Of a stretch of DNA of 64,000 bases, positions 40,601 through 55,320 are shown piece by piece (the stretch's first letter is position 1; every line of letters starts with the position of its first letter). A model generated the notes under the pieces. The model did no database searches, had not been told where the DNA came from, and worked only from the letters and a program-made list of their open reading frames with translations. This stretch comes from Eledone cirrhosa (lineage: Eukaryota), in assembly GCA_964016885.1 (NCBI GenBank), contig OZ024746.1, forward strand, positions 31,930,001 to 31,994,000. Reading direction: 5' to 3'. A program made the translations under genes and the position numbers.

Positions 40601-43290
40601 TAGTCAACCATGAACATTCGTGGACAGCTTAATATGTCCCATTCCTTATTTCTAACTAGGAACCTATCTAGGTACGACCTAGATGTTCCGCTAAGATTAG
40701 TCCACGTCCACAGTGGCACAGTCGGAAAATCGAGTCGATATCTATCGGCCAGATCAAATTGGCCGATTAATCGTTTGAGGCTGTTACACCCCCCCCCCTC
40801 TATCGGGACATGCCCCTACATAGTCCCAACGTGCATACAGGATACCATTCCAGTCCCCCACTAAAAGCAAGGAGCGAGACGTTCCCAGAAAAGTCTGCAG
40901 GCGTCGGAAGAAGTCCGGTCGCGGTGTCCCAGATGGGGCATACGCTGCCACCAGCCTGAAGGCTCCACTTTCACTACTGCCGACGTCTAGAACCACCAGT
41001 CGACCCTCCGGGTCCAGGTGTACCTTCTGTGTGGCAAGACCCAGGTGTTTTCGCAGCAGAACCACAACTCCACTCCCACCTCTCGGCTGACAGAGAGATG
41101 CGTCGTAGATCTCAAAGTCGTCGAAGATGGGGGCCAGTTGGCGCTCGCTGCTGATCCTGGACTCGCAAATAGCCATTACATCTACTCTGTGTGACCTGAG
41201 ATCATTTAAGAGTTTGCCCTGTTTCCAGGACATCCCCAGGCCGCGTGCATTCACACATCCAACTCTTATATTGGCCATGCTGGTGTTGAAGAGTTAAAAA
41301 GAAGAGGAAAGGAAATTACTTACCTCTTCGTCTCCTGGGGACCAGGCTGCACAATTTCCATGGGGGTGTTGGAAGAGTTGTTTGGTGGGGTGGTGGTTTG
41401 TGGTGGGGTGAGGACATCAGTGTGTGGTGGGGTTGGGGTGTTTGGTGGGGTGTGGGTGTGTGGTGTGGGGGTGGGGAACATCTCAATAGGACGCGGTTAA
41501 GTGGTTTGGTGCAGGTGGGCCCCACATCCATTGGATAGTTCTTTTTTCCGTTGGGATAGTTCTTTTTTCCGTTGGGACCCTAATCATCATTAAGTGCGGT
41601 TTGTCCGCTGCGTAGGTGAAAGTAATCCCTTCGGTTTACACCGAAGGGTTATTGTCTAATGCTTTCATCAACGTTTTATTGTTCTTGTTAATGTATGTAT
41701 AGTGTTTTTGTTGTGTTGTGTTTGTTTTTGTTTGTTGTTGTTGTGCGTGTTTGCGTTTTGTAGTATGTGTTATGTTTTCGGGAGGGGTGGGGTTTTTTTT
41801 TGTTTGTGATGTTTGTTCTGTTTGTGCTGCATTTTTGTTAATGTGGTGCCTTTTTTTTTCCTTTTCACCTGTTGGAAGAGGTCTCCCTCGTCGTCACTGG
41901 GTGACGTTGATACGGAGTCCTCTTCCGTGTTGTTGGGGAGGGGTATATTTTGGGGCTTTGTTGTGGTTGCTTTTTATTTGTTTTAGGTGGGATAGTGTCT
42001 TGTGTTGTTATTTTTCCGTGTTGTTGTGGTTGTTGTTGTTGTTGTGGTGGTAGTGGTTGTGTTGTTGCGTTCGGGGTTGGCAGAAGAGCCTTTTTTTTTT
42101 ACTCGTTAATTGAGGACAGGCAGCCCTCAAGTGACCCCTGCTTAAGCAGTGGTAACATGACGGCCGCCTACCCTCCACTGAAATGTTTATATTGGTTAGC
42201 CCGTCCAGAGGCACGCGTTGTGGGATATTCGCTATTCGTTCTGGGCTCATTTGCACCAGAACTTCTACGCTAGTCCCACCAAATACACCTCCGGAGGACT
42301 TTCCTACTGAGATTATCCTGTCTTCATCAAAATCAATGAATCCACATAGTATCCACCAAATATTTACATTTGGTGTGATACTCATAATTTTTTTTTTTTG
42401 TGTGTCCTTCTTCCCCTGTATGTGGGGAAAAAGGTGAAACGGGGGGGGGGGGGGCACAATGGGTGATACAGAGTATTTTTGTGCTGTTGGCTGGTTATTC
42501 ATTAGCACCGAAATGCTACCAAACAGTTTTCCTTTTTGGATGAAGGTTATGTCCTTCATTGCATCTTTTAGAACCAGCTCAATTTCATTTTGTGATAATT
42601 GAGTTGATTTTCTGGTTTCGTTAGATATTGTCCTGAAAACTGTGGTTTTCAGGACAGCCTCTCTACGTAATACCTGTGGAGAATTGATGCTAAAAGCACC
42701 GTTTTCGCCAAAAGTCACGTATTATTTTGCGTCTTGTAGTAGTTGTTTTGCATTAGTTATGTCAATTGGCGTGTATAGTTCGTTTTTTTTTACAGTTTGT
42801 GCGAACGTTGTTTTGGTGGTGTTGTCTTTTTTTTGCTGTTGTTGTTGTCACTGTTGTTGATATTGTTCATGTTTTCCTTGGTCTTATTATTGTTGCAGTT
42901 GTTGGTTGTGGTGTTATTGTCATTGTTCTTCTTGTTGGTACTGGTATTATTTACCGGGTTTGGTTCCGTGGTTTCAATATTTTCAACGTTTTTCGATAAG
43001 GTGAGGTAGGAAGGCTGTAAGCTTTGTACTCCTACCTTCCCTCCGCCACTTTTCTTAGTGGACGTGGCACTCGCTACAGTGTGCGAGGTTGAAATGGCAT
43101 CCATTATTGACTACCAAGTCTACACAGTTTTGAGATGAAAATTTCGCCCCCAAAAGGGGCGAAAATTAGTTGACTCAACGTCTGAAGTCCCAGACAAGGG
43201 GTTAAACTAAACAATGCTAACAAATTGAACAATGAACTCACAGTTTTTTTAACAATAATCCGTAAAAATCTGGATCGAAGTAATACACGT
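37606..43290 (-). mobile_element. Near-full-length L1/Tx1-clade LINE, frameshifted
   Basis: ORF1 from 43104 with zinc knuckle CYHCLSRGHLRAAC. ORF2 from 41278 with APE motifs (NARGL, CESR, YAP, GDWN, SYLDRFLV, SDHKLV), RT motifs (SPGLDG, RPITLLN, RQGCPLS, YADD) and C-terminal CPRC-x-ETVAHAFVHC. Broken into several ORFs. Confidence 0.93.
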
Positions 43291-44499
43291 CTATATCAAG
43301 TGGTAATTGATATAGAGAGGGGTATTGGAAGAGGGTTCCCTGTAGTAGATATAGAGAGGGGGAGAGTTTTGTGTTAGTTTATATAGAGAGGGGTATTGAA
43401 AAAGAGTTTCGTGTAGTAGATATAGAGAGGGAGAGAGTTTGGTGCTAAATAATATAGAGAGGGTTTTGGAAGAGTGTTCCGTGTAGTAGATATAGAGAGG
43501 GGGAGAGTTTGGTGTTACTTGGCGACGACGAATACCCATTGGAAAACTCAGTTGAGCCCTAAATCTATGGTGTACTGAGTGTATTTTATCGTGGCACCAG
43601 CACTACCACTTTCTAGAGTGTAGGTGTATTTCATTTTGAAATCAGCATTACCACATTACAGATTATACTGGATGTATTTTGTCGTGACTTCAATACTACC
43701 ACTTCACAGAGTGTACTGGGTGTATTTTATCATGGTACCAGCACTACCACTTTACGCAGTATATTTAGATGGTGATATGTTCACGAAAGGGTTAAAACAA
43801 TGTTTGTTATTGTTGGCTAACTGTTTTACTGGTGGTGAGGGTAGGTATGGTGCCATTTCTTGACACTTCCTCACAATTTCATAAAATCCTTTGATGCCAT
43901 CACTTTTAAAAAGCTTTTGTCATTTCAGAAATTTTATGACAACGAGAGCCAGATGTCTCTTTATCTACTTTTTTTTTATTAAATTATAACAACACTAATG
44001 TACAGATATGTCTGTAATTTTAGGCGTAAGGGGGAGTTAGTGACTCATAAGAAATACTACGAGGGCTTTTAGTCAACTTACCCTCCACATTTTGACTGCT
44101 GTCTCATCTTAAATAAAACCTGGCCAAGGTTTCCAAAAATTGACTTTTTGTTTGTCTTGAACAAAAAAAACAAATACATTTTCCCACATCAAAGACTCTT
44201 TCTCCATTAGAAATTTGGTTTTAGCTTCCATTTCTTCCAATTTAAATCCTTCTTCGTTTTTCTTCTTCTTCTTCTTCTTCTTCTTCTTCTTCTTCTTCTT
44301 CTTCTTCTTCTTTGATTTATTTATTTATCAGATAAAATATAAAAACAATGAAATCAATGGAAATAACATAAATAAATAATTCCTTGAACAAGTGAAACAT
44401 AAAATATAAAATTACTGTAAAAAAAAATGATGATGATAACGACGACGATGATGATTATGATGGTGATGATGATGATGATGGTGGTAGTGTTAATGATGA

Positions 44500-45620
44500 T
44501 TTCTTTATTGGTCACTAGGCCCAAACTCAACGGACGATACACATAAATAGGTCCTTTGGGGATTTATATTAAAGGAATAAACAGAAAAACAAATCAGGTT
44601 ACAAAATAACAAGAAATTACTATGAATAGGGGCAAGGAGCATCAGCCCGGGGGAAATGAAATAACCCTACAATCACCGAGGGCATCATAGGAAAGTACCC
44701 TTTCTCCGCTGATCTCTCCAGCCTATAAGTGTGTGTGTTTTGCTGCACAATTCTAAGTTCATTATTACGTCGAGGTTGACTTTGCCTTTCATCCTTACGG
44801 GGTCGATAAAATAAAGTACCAGTAATGCACTGGGTAATTGCTGGCCTTGTGCCTAAAGTAGAAACAATTATTACGTTGGCTTTTGTGCGTGTTTGATGTA
44901 GACATATATAATGTGATGTACACATTCACCACCTCTGTTCAACTTTCAGAGATAGCTTCCTTTCGGTCCATTTCTGAGTGAGACTGACGACCCTACTCAT
45001 TACCTCGTCCCAGATCCTATTTACCTGGATGTCCGGAGCCAACCAAACCCCAAGTAACATAACCAGACCGTCCGTCCAGCGCCCCGTGATACTGTATGAC
45101 GACACGGACTTGCTTCTGCAAGTGCTGAGTTGCAAACCCGCTGACTTATCAGCGTTAATCTTTGCTTCCATCAAAGTTTCATTCTTTTTTGAGAAGGTGC
45201 CAATCACCTTGATATTCGAAAATGCAGCCTCCGTGTTTCACATTGAAGAAATGGCTCAGGACCATTCACGTAGCTAGCATGTCAGTTGCGAAACCAATCA
45301 TAATTGCCTCTTTTAGTTTAACTACTAACTCTCCTTCTATTTTTTCTATTCATACCTCTTTGCTAAAAGCTATTGATTCTAATCTAATCGGTCTCTTGAG
45401 AGGGTACCACCACTTATTGTGAACAATTGCCCCTGTTGGTTGACAGTTAACTAATGTGCTAATCCGGTCTCTGTAGTATTTATACCTCGGGAACGACTCG
45501 ATAAGCTACCAATAACCGGGACACTGTCTACGTTCTATCTAGGTCAACTGAGCAGATCACGAATTTGTGGCTTGAGTGTGTGACCTTTTATAATTGTGGA
45601 CACCCCAAAAGTACCCCTTT
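44500..45620 (-). mobile_element. Internally deleted L1/Tx1 relic interrupted by a SINE
   Basis: 3' end at 44500-44720 next to (GAT)n. 44926-45230 (AKINADKSAGL...GRWTDG..MLLGVW) matches ~38900-39200, and 45260-45610 matches ~40300-40640. The RT core between them is missing. Confidence 0.7.
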
Positions 45621-45959
45621 CTACTAGCCTAATAGTAACACCACCCACATAATAACAAAAACAACAGTACTGACTACAATAACAACAGCAGCGTTAACGA
45701 CAATGGCAACTATAACAACGTCGACGGCAAAAACAGCAGCAACAGCAACAGTAAAGTTAACGGCAACAATAACAACAGCAACAACAATAACGATAGCAAT
45801 AACAATAACAACAACAATATCAGCTACAACAAGAATGATAACAATAATAACAACAGTAACGACAATAGCATCAATAACAACGACAACAACAATGGTACAA
45901 ACAGCAGTAGCTGTAACAACAACAACAACAACAACGGCAAAAAAAAAACAATAACATAA

Positions 45960-46145
45960 ATAATTGTTTCTACTTTAGGCACAAGGCCAGCAATTACCCA
46001 GTGCGTTACTGGTACTTTATTTTATCGACCCCGTAAGGATGAAAGGCAAAGTCAACCTCGGCGGGATTTGAACTCAGATCGTAAAGGGACGTAACTATGC
46101 TGGAAAGCATGGCGTCCGACCCTCTACCGATACTGCAATCCACCA
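45960..46145 (-). mobile_element. Full-length tRNA-derived SINE
   Basis: Minus strand ggtggattgcagtatcggtagag...gagttcaaatcccgccgagg...gtagaaacaatta. Confidence 0.87.
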
Positions 46146-46191
46146 GTAATAATTCTTTTATTTTACTAAAAAAGATGTGACCCATCCTCCG

Positions 46192-46262
<71 letters not shown>

Positions 46263-46727
46263 TCTGCATACCCCCTCCCCCAACCAGAAATACATTAAAA
46301 CAAACTGAGAAATCCCAGCAAACCATTGATGTTGTGTTATTGTTAAGTTTCTTTAAAGAATTTCTGTCTTGGACAGTTGTCAGTTTGTCTGTGTACACTA
46401 CAGGCTAATAAATGACACCGCCACATATACATACATACACACATATATACATACATACATATACACACGTGTGTGTATATATATATACATATATGTGTGT
46501 GGGGTGTATGTGTATAAATGTAAACAGAAATAACAAAGCAAATGACACAGTACAATGAATAATACATACATACATACATATACACTCGTGTATATATATA
46601 TACATATACGTGTGGTGTGGTGGGGGGGGGTGTATGTGTGTAAGAAGTAAACAGAAATAACAAAGCAAATGACACAGTACATTGAATAAATATATTAGTT
46701 AAACGCTTGAAATAATAGGAAAAGGAG

Positions 46728-46763
46728 TCTTAACGTTTCGGACACTAGTCCTTCATCAGAAGA
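46728..46763 (-). ncRNA. Minimal hammerhead ribozyme-like motif
   Basis: UCUU-CUGAUGA-A-GGAC(UAGU)GUCC-GAAA-CG-UU-AAGA: 4-bp stem I, 4-bp stem II, palindromic stem III. The downstream tail recurs at 46520-46560 and 18500-18575. Confidence 0.75.
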
Positions 46764-46849
46764 TAGAATGAGAAATAAAATATGAAATAGAAAGATAGAG
46801 AATGAGAAGAGGAAGGAAAAGAAAGCAGAAAACACACACACACACACAC

Positions 46850-46889
<40 letters not shown>

Positions 46890-46907
46890 ACACACGCACA
46901 CGCACGC

Positions 46908-46963
<56 letters not shown>

Positions 46964-47099
46964 TCACACACACACACACAGAGGAGATCACTGGTCAGGA
47001 AAGTACTCGATACATGGGGAGAATTAGAGTGGGTATAGAGATATGTAAAATCCTGACCACTTGGTGCGGCGGTCGGCACTTTACACACACACTTATATC

Positions 47100-47490
47100 A
47101 TCATCATTATTTTACGTCCGTTCGTTCACCCTAGCATGGGTTAGACGGGTTGTCCTGTTGTGGGCAGTGTCCCGTCGGCTGACCTTGTCTTGCTCATACG
47201 GGAACTGATTCTGGCTTGATTTCTACAGCTGGATGCCCTTCCTAACACCAACCTCATTTACAGTGAGTGCTGGGTGCTTTTTTTTCCGTGGCACCTCCAC
47301 AACCACTTTGCAGTGGAATGATATGGACCCCAATCCCTATCATCTCATTTCTACAGCTGAGTAAACTGGAGCAATGTGAAATAAAGTGCCTTGCTCAAGG
47401 AAACAACACATCAGCAGATCCGAGAATTGAACTCACAACCTTTCGATTGTAAGCCCAATGTTCGAATCACTAAGCCATACGCCTTCACTT
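47100..47490 (-). mobile_element. tRNA-headed SINE with (GAT)n tail (relatives at 49540-49875, 54830-55420, 63300-63590)
   Basis: Head ggcgtatggcttagtg...gtgagttcaattc, body ccttgagcaaggcacttta, tail aggaagggcatccagctgtagaaa...ggacgtaaaa(tga)n. Confidence 0.8.
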
Positions 47491-47707
47491 ATATACAGAC
47501 ACACACGCATACTTACACCTTCACGCATTCTCCCACACACTTAAACAGGCATGTACAAAAAAAAAAAAAACCCTTTTAAAGGGAGACTACTCTTTATCCA
47601 CCTAACCTTAACTCTTTGATATTAGAGATAGAACAGATACTCTATACCATTTCCTATCAGCATGACTTGGCAAGCTATTTAGAACACTGGTTTAACCGCT
47701 TTACTTC

Positions 47708-47742
47708 CCTCCGAAGAAGAGATATTATCTCGAAAATTAAGG
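47708..47742 (+). ncRNA. Hammerhead-like motif with core variant CCGAAGA
   Basis: CCU-CCGAAGA-A-GAGAU(AUU)AUCUC-GAAA-AU-UA-AGG, then AAUAAA, a ~60-nt tail and (TA)n. Confidence 0.55.
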
Positions 47743-47823
47743 ACATTTAAATAAATCTAAGGTAAAAGACTAATTGTCAACAACATCTTTTGCATTTGCA
47801 TTCTTTATTCTATGTATATATAT

Positions 47824-47908
<85 letters not shown>

Positions 47909-47914
<6 letters not shown>

Positions 47915-48050
47915 TACAATAACAGAGATAGTTTAAAGCTAATCTCTGACTGGTAACCATCTCACTCAACAAACATTAGGTTATATTTTAATATAAACCC
48001 AATTTAAGTGTCTGGGGTGCTAACAATATGTATTATGTGGAAAAGCCAGT
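47909..48050. repeat. Dispersed repeat abutting (TA)n, second copy at 63845-63985
   Basis: aattaatacaataacagagatagtttaaagctaa...tgtggaaaagcca occurs twice, each time directly after a (TA)n tract. Confidence 0.8.
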
Positions 48051-49149
48051 TGTATTATTTTATGAGATATAATTAAAGTTAAAATATATCTCTCTTTCCA
48101 AACAATTGTTTCATTATAAGTTTTCTACAAATTCGGAGAATATATCCAGTTTATGTAGAAGCCTAATATACATTCATGTAAGAATATATTTAGGTGGGCG
48201 CTTATAAATCATCAGTGGAAGCCCATTAAACTTTGATATAAGAAAAACATTTCTTACCACAGTTAAAAATCGTGTCTGTTAAGTTGCTCCTTCCCGCATC
48301 AAATGACCGGCAAATTTGAAATTCCAGCAGTTTTTGACTGAGGAAGTATTATAGCGTCACTAAGCGGGAAGGGGAGATAACTACGATCCACGAAAGGAGG
48401 AAAAAAAATAATATACACGCGGGTTAATCAGTTTTTTCGAAAACATTATCAATCCAACGTGTTAAGAACTCAATTGAAATTAAAAAAATAAATATATGCG
48501 TGTATAAATTACACACGCATATAGATATTTTCTTAGGCTAAATATATATATATTATATATATATATATAATATATATATAGTAGAATAATCGAGTATCGA
48601 AAAATCGGCGCACGAGTTCACGATAAACAAAATTCGAAATGAGCGGCAGAGGGCTCAATAATTCAGATAAATCAGAGCTATAACTATCGTTAAAATACCG
48701 TCACACATAGAACAAGTCTATAATCAACCGTACGACCGAAAAATTGCGATCTGGAAGATTCGGGACACTCAGAAAAAATATCAATAAATCAATAAATCAA
48801 ATGAATGTAAAAAGCATACCCGGACCCGCTAGAAAGATGGTAAATCTAGCTTCTTGGGTTTCTGTAAATCCTTAAACTGCCCCCTATCAGCTCACATAAA
48901 AATATATAAGACTTCTAGGAGCCAGCGGACGGGAATTTACTTCTTCAACGAGCTTTTGTCCGAACGAATGAAAAGGCATAACCCAGGCTGAGGAAACGCA
49001 CATGGAATTCAGCAAGGGAGATAACCTCTATATCCGCAAAAAATATTCGGGAAATGTGGATATACACATATCGAATAAGAGTGCTCAATAGACATGTTAA
49101 AATAAACAGGAGCTATTCATCACTTAATAGAATCGACAAAAAATGAACA

Positions 49150-49180
<31 letters not shown>

Positions 49181-49202
49181 ATAATATATATATATATTAT
49201 GT

Positions 49203-49244
<42 letters not shown>

Positions 49245-49273
49245 ATATAATATATATATATATATAATATATA

Positions 49274-49331
<58 letters not shown>

Positions 49332-50132
49332 TCACATGGTACCATGGGCCCAGCACTGTGTCATTAATTGTCACAAGTGTAGTGTTTGTACCAGAGTTTT
49401 CAAGTCGCTGGCTGGACTAAAAAGTCACACCCGTTCAGCGCATTGGTAGGGGTTCTCCTACATGGATATAAAGTGGTGGCCGTACTCGAAAACGAGTTGG
49501 CAGCCACCATATCTTTATCATCATCATTATCATCATCATCATTTTACGTCCACTTTTCCCTGCTTGCAAGGGTGGGACGGGAACTGATTCTGGCTTGCTT
49601 TCTACAGCTGGATGCCCTTCCTAACACCAACCTCATTTACAGTGAGTGCTGGGTGCTTTTTTTTCCCATGGTGCCTACACGTCCACTTTACAGTGGAATG
49701 ATAGGGACCCCAGTCCTATCATCTCATTTCTACAGCTGAGTAAACTGGAGCAATGTGAAATAAAGTGTCTTGCTCAAGGAAACAACACATCACAACACAT
49801 CACCCGGTCTGAGAATTGAACTCACAACCTTTCGATTGCAAGGCCAATGCTCTAACCACTACGCCATGTGCCTCCATATATATATAAAGTGTGGACGTTA
49901 GAAAACGTTCTTTGTGTGTGTGTGTTGATGTTCCAATGCAAAGTCTATGATGAAAGACTATCACTATAAATAACACTAGATTATATCAGGTGGAGTACAC
50001 CTGGCAACACATGTGTCTGAATGTATATATATATCTATGTATATATGTATGCCTGTGTCTGTGTGTATTCATACATATAAGCATGTAAACATACATCCAT
50101 ATATCCAAACTTCATACACATATGAGTTGGTG

Positions 50133-50175
<43 letters not shown>

Positions 50176-50541
50176 CCTTGAGCATCTGGTTTATAATTGG
50201 TACACCATATCCCAGTTTGTTGTAAGAAGTCACTAAAAGGGTTGGTGCCATGAAGAGCATCCGGCTGTACAAAAAAAGTTGACATAAAAGCTATGAATGA
50301 TGATGACGATGATGATGATCACACGCACGCACACACACACACACACACGCACACACTTACATATATACATATACACACAAATAGAGTAAGTTAGGTATGT
50401 GCTCCAGAAAATGTGATTCTGATTGAGAACAAAAAATGTTGAAATCTCTGAGGGAGAACATTTCTTTTGTCTTTTGGTGGGGCAGGGCTCGTTGATATAG
50501 TTCCTTAGGGATTATACAACAGTGTACGTGTATATATATAT

Positions 50542-50595
<54 letters not shown>

Positions 50596-50631
50596 TTGTG
50601 TATATATATATGTATATGTGTGTATCATCAT

Positions 50632-50696
<65 letters not shown>

Positions 50697-51089
50697 TATA
50701 TACACACACACACACTTACATATGAATATAAGTATGTAAGAAGTGTGTATAATGTAATCCAGATACACACCGCACCAGGCAGAAATTTTAATATGCTTAA
50801 AATAAAAAATGTGTTAAAATACAAAAAAATTTCTTCTAAGTTTTCATATTTTTGCTATATTTATAGCAATGCCACAGTTAACAAGACTTTTGGTAAAGGA
50901 AACACTTAGCACCATTGCTTTATGTAATGTTTGGTATTAACTCTTCTGTTACCAAAACACCAAAACCAATTCCTGGTTCTATGATACAAACATGATTGTT
51001 TTTAAGTTTATTTTTCAACTAAAAAACTACCATGATAATTTTATTTCAGAACCTTTAGGTTTACCCACCTCAGGCAAGGTAATAAAGCG

Positions 51090-51600
51090 ACTAAAATGGA
51101 AGGGGTTACTGAGAAAGGAGAAGGACAAGACAGGGAGAACATAATCCCAGGCAAGGGAATAGAGCCACTAAGATGGAAGGGGTTACTGAGAAGGGAGAAG
51201 AACAAGACAGGGAGAACATAATCCCAGGCAAGGTAATAGAGCCACTAAGATGGAAGGGGTTACTGAGAAGGGAGAAGAACAAGACAGGGAGAACATAATC
51301 CCAGGCAAGGGAATAGAGCCACTAAGATGGAAGGGGTTACTGAGAAGGGAGAAGAACAAGACAGGGAGAACATAATCCCAGGCAAGGGAATAGAGCCACT
51401 AAGATGGAAGGGGTTACTGAGAAGGGAGAAGAACAAGACAGGGAGAACATAATCCCAGGCAAGGGAATAGAGCCACTAAGATGGAAGGGGTTACTGAGAA
51501 GGGAGAAGGACAAGACAGGGAGAACATAATCCCAGGCAAGGGAATAAAGCCACTAAAATGCAAGGGGTTACTGAGAAGGAAAGACAAGACAGAGAGAAGA
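51090..51600. repeat. 77-bp minisatellite (~6.5 copies)
   Basis: gagccactaagatggaaggggttactgagaagggagaagaacaagacagggagaacataatcccaggcaagggaata, period 77. Confidence 0.92.
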
Positions 51601-52687
51601 CATAATTCAAGGGGAGAGAAGATGATGATTAATGTTGCTTTTAAATTTTTGCTAACTGTAGTGATCAGGAAAGCAAGAAGCCAGGGAAGAATTCCATAGC
51701 TGAGGTGTACAAGGGAAGAAATTATCAAAACAGAATAGGCAATTGTATTTAGGAATGTCGGCTGTAAATGGATGAGATGTAGCTGTCAAACAACTTAATA
51801 ATGAGAATATTAGTTACATTGCTAAATCACACCAAATTCTTGGTTGTGGTATTGGTGTTGTTGATGGTACTGGTGATGATGGTGGTGGCAGTGGTGGTGG
51901 CAGTGATGGCGGTGGTGGCGATGATGGTGGTGGTGGTGGTGGTGGTAGTGGTGATGTTGGTGCTGGTGATGGTGGTGGTAGCGATGATGTTGGTGGTGGT
52001 GGCAGTGATGGTGGTGGTGGTGGTGGTGGTGATGTTGGTGCTGGTGATGGTGGTGATGGTAGCGATGATGTTGGTGGTGGTGGCAGTGATGGTGGTGGTG
52101 GTGGTGGTGGTGGTAAGAATTTGCTGGGAAGAGAATATATAAATTTTAAATTGAGGTTAGGGGATCACACACACACACATATATATATGTATATATATAT
52201 ATATATATACATACCTACATATACATATATATATATATATGTATATATATGTATATATGTGTGTGTGTGTGTGTGTTGAAGTGTATATATGTGTGAATAT
52301 ATTTGTGTGATGTAATGTTTATTTAATCATCTACAGTAGGCTACCATGGGGACTGAACCTGTGGTGCCTAAATTACTAACAAATGAGGTAAACATTAACA
52401 TTATTTCAGCAGATGTTTTTAAAATAACATCATCATCATCATAATCATCACCAGCGATTTATTAATGAGGGCTTCTCTAGATGGTTACTGTATCTATTAT
52501 TCACAGCACCAGCCATCTCACATACTGTGTCATGCTGAATCTCCCTGAGAAGATGAAGGGAATTAGTAATTTAACTAAGTTTTCCATCATAAAGATTGTT
52601 ACATGAAATTATGATGAAAGGTTTTTGGCCCTTTTGAAACCAAACTACCTCAAATCAACAAGAGTTCTATGAAACAAAATCACACAT

Positions 52688-53193
52688 TTAACCCTTTACT
52701 CTATATATAGTAAAGGTGCATGGCTTAGTGGTTAGAGCATTGGGCTTGCAATTGAAAGGTTGTGAGTTTGATTCCCTTTATTTCATGTTGCTCCAGTTTA
52801 CTCAACTGTAGAAATGAGTTGCGACGTCACTGGTGCCAAGCTGTATCATCCATTGCCTTTCCCTTGGACATCATTGGTGGCATGGAGAGGGGAGACTGGT
52901 ATGCATTGGCGACTGCTGGTCTTCCAAACAACCCTGCCTGGACTTGTGCCTCAGAGGGAAACTTTCTAGGTGCATATCCCATGGTCATTCGTGATCGAAG
53001 GGGGTCTTTACCTATATATGCTATTATATTTTCACGGTAAAGGCTTTACCTCACATAATATCGAATCTATGAAATTTTGATATTATTTATTTTGAGAAAA
53101 ATACCTTATGAACAGCCAGTTATGGCTGGTTTGAATAGAAAGAGGTGAGAGAATTCTGGCTGGATATGGCTGGTTTAAATGCTAAAGGATTAA
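52688..53193. mobile_element. piggyBac-type MITE with a nested tRNA-SINE (52712-53010)
   Basis: ttaacccttta ... taaatgctaaaggattaa ends. Internal sequence is shared with 58778-59006. Confidence 0.6.
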
Positions 53194-54460
53194 AGGGTTT
53201 CAATTCAAATTAAAATATTCCAACATAATTTTATATAAGAGCCATATTTTAAATTACTATCTTACTAATGAAATTATTAATAATTTTAATAAATATCTCA
53301 AAGTTCTTCATTAATTAATTGAAACATACTGTATTTCATTGAGAATTTGGTCATAGATGGTTTAAAATAAAGGGTTTTATATCATAAAATCAACAGTAGT
53401 GTTAATCAGTTTAGTATCAAAAGGTTTAATATGTCAGCCACTGTGTTGCTCCAATGAAAGTATGTGTCTATTTGTCAGCTATTTGACTGAGATCAATTGA
53501 ATTATCTGCCTTGACATGTAGTGCACTCTTTAATCTCTGAGGGTCTTACCAATGACACAACTTATTTGACAACCACAAAACAAAAAACACCACTACCACC
53601 ACCACCAATAACAACAACAGCTACAACAACAACACTGTCACCACCACCACCACCATCACTACTACTACTACTATCAGCACTATCACCAATAACACCACCA
53701 ACAACAAAATAATCTGAAGAATAAAGTCAGTTCAGACTTTGGTCTAAAAATTCCAACAACATAATTAACATTCCATACATTGATATATATATATATATAT
53801 ATATAAATGAAAATAGAGAAATTAATGTGAGCAATATATACACACACACCCTTTCTAGCAGTCTCTTTCTCTGTTAGCCTCTTCCTCACCTTTCACTCAC
53901 TCACTCTCTGTCACTACCTCTCCTCCTCCCCTTTCTTCCCGTTTGACCTGTCCGTAATCCTTTTCTCGCGGGCACTTGGCCAAGCCGGTATGAATTTTTT
54001 TTCTCTCTCTCTCGTCTGCGACTTCACGGAACTTATGTTTACCGACTTCGCAGACCAGACCCCTTCTTCCTCCCGTTAGACCTGTGCGAAATTCCTTCCT
54101 TGCTCACATTTCAACCAGGTTTGATGGTCTTTATTCTCTCGTTCACGATTCCACCGAATTTATATTCATAGAAATCTGGGACTTGTTTCCTTCTTCATCA
54201 CTTTCTGTTGCTTAAACCATTTTGTTTGTTTACCCTAGCGCCCCCTTTATTTACGTGTCCCAACGACTTTTTTTTTAGCCGTTGCTCGCACCAACCTGAG
54301 GTATATGGCCTTTAATGCGACGAAATGCCTACGACGGTTGGATGGCCACTGATGAGGACAAACTTTTTCATATGTCACACATATATATATATATATATAT
54401 ACACATATATTTATATACGTGTGTGTATGTGTATGTACAAGTCTGTGTATACATGCATGT

Positions 54461-54500
<40 letters not shown>

Positions 54501-54929
54501 GTGTACATATATACACAGTAAAAAATCTAATATGCAATCTTTTGTTAGAAAATGTAATGAAGTAGAGCTGCAACAAAAGCAATGGTCTATAGATCACCTG
54601 ACACATGATGTTATTGGGGTTTAGGGGTGGGTGTGGTGGTGATGGTGGCGGCGTGGTAGTGTTAGTGGTGGTGTTCTTGTTGAAAACCTATTTTGTGGAA
54701 TATATGTATGTACATGAGTGCATGTCTGTGTATGCATACATGCACACATATATATGTATATGCATGTGTATATTATACATACATATTGTGTGTGTATACA
54801 TACACACACATATATATATATATTTCATTTCATTTTACGTCCGCTTTTTCCCTGCTTGCAAGGGTGGGGCGGGAACTGATTTTGGCTTGATTTCTACAGC
54901 TGGATGCCCTTCCTAACGCCAACCTCATT

Positions 54930-55320
54930 TACAGTGAGTGCTGGGTGCTTTTTTGCCGTGGCACCTCCACGACCACTTTACAGTGTGGGCTGGGTGCTTT
55001 TTCCCGTGGCACCTCCATGACCACTTTACAGTGTGGGCTGGGTGCTTTTTCCCGTGGCACCTCCATGACCACTTTACAGTGTGGGCTGGGTGCTTTTTCC
55101 CGTGGCACCTCCATGACCACTTTACAGTGTGGGCTGGGTGCTTTTTGCCGTGGCACCTCCACGACCACTTTGCAGTGAGTGCTGGGTGCTTTTTCCCGTG
55201 GCACCTTCACGACCACTTTACAGTGTGGGCTGGGTGCTTTTTCCCGTGGCACCTCCATGACCACTTTACAGTGTGGGCTGGGTGCTTTTTGCCGTGGCAC
55301 CTCCACGACCACTTTACAGT
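54930..55320. repeat. 48-bp minisatellite (~8 copies) inside a SINE
   Basis: tttacagtgtgggctgggtgctttttcccgtggcacctccatgaccac is amplified here but occurs as a single unit in the copies at 47100-47490 and 49540-49875. Confidence 0.9.

Noticed and set aside
54345-54376. Hammerhead candidate CUGAUGA-G-GACA...UGUC (related copies near 21500 and 22020)
   Set aside because: The GAAA half of the core is absent or degenerate in all three copies, so it is not counted as a ribozyme.
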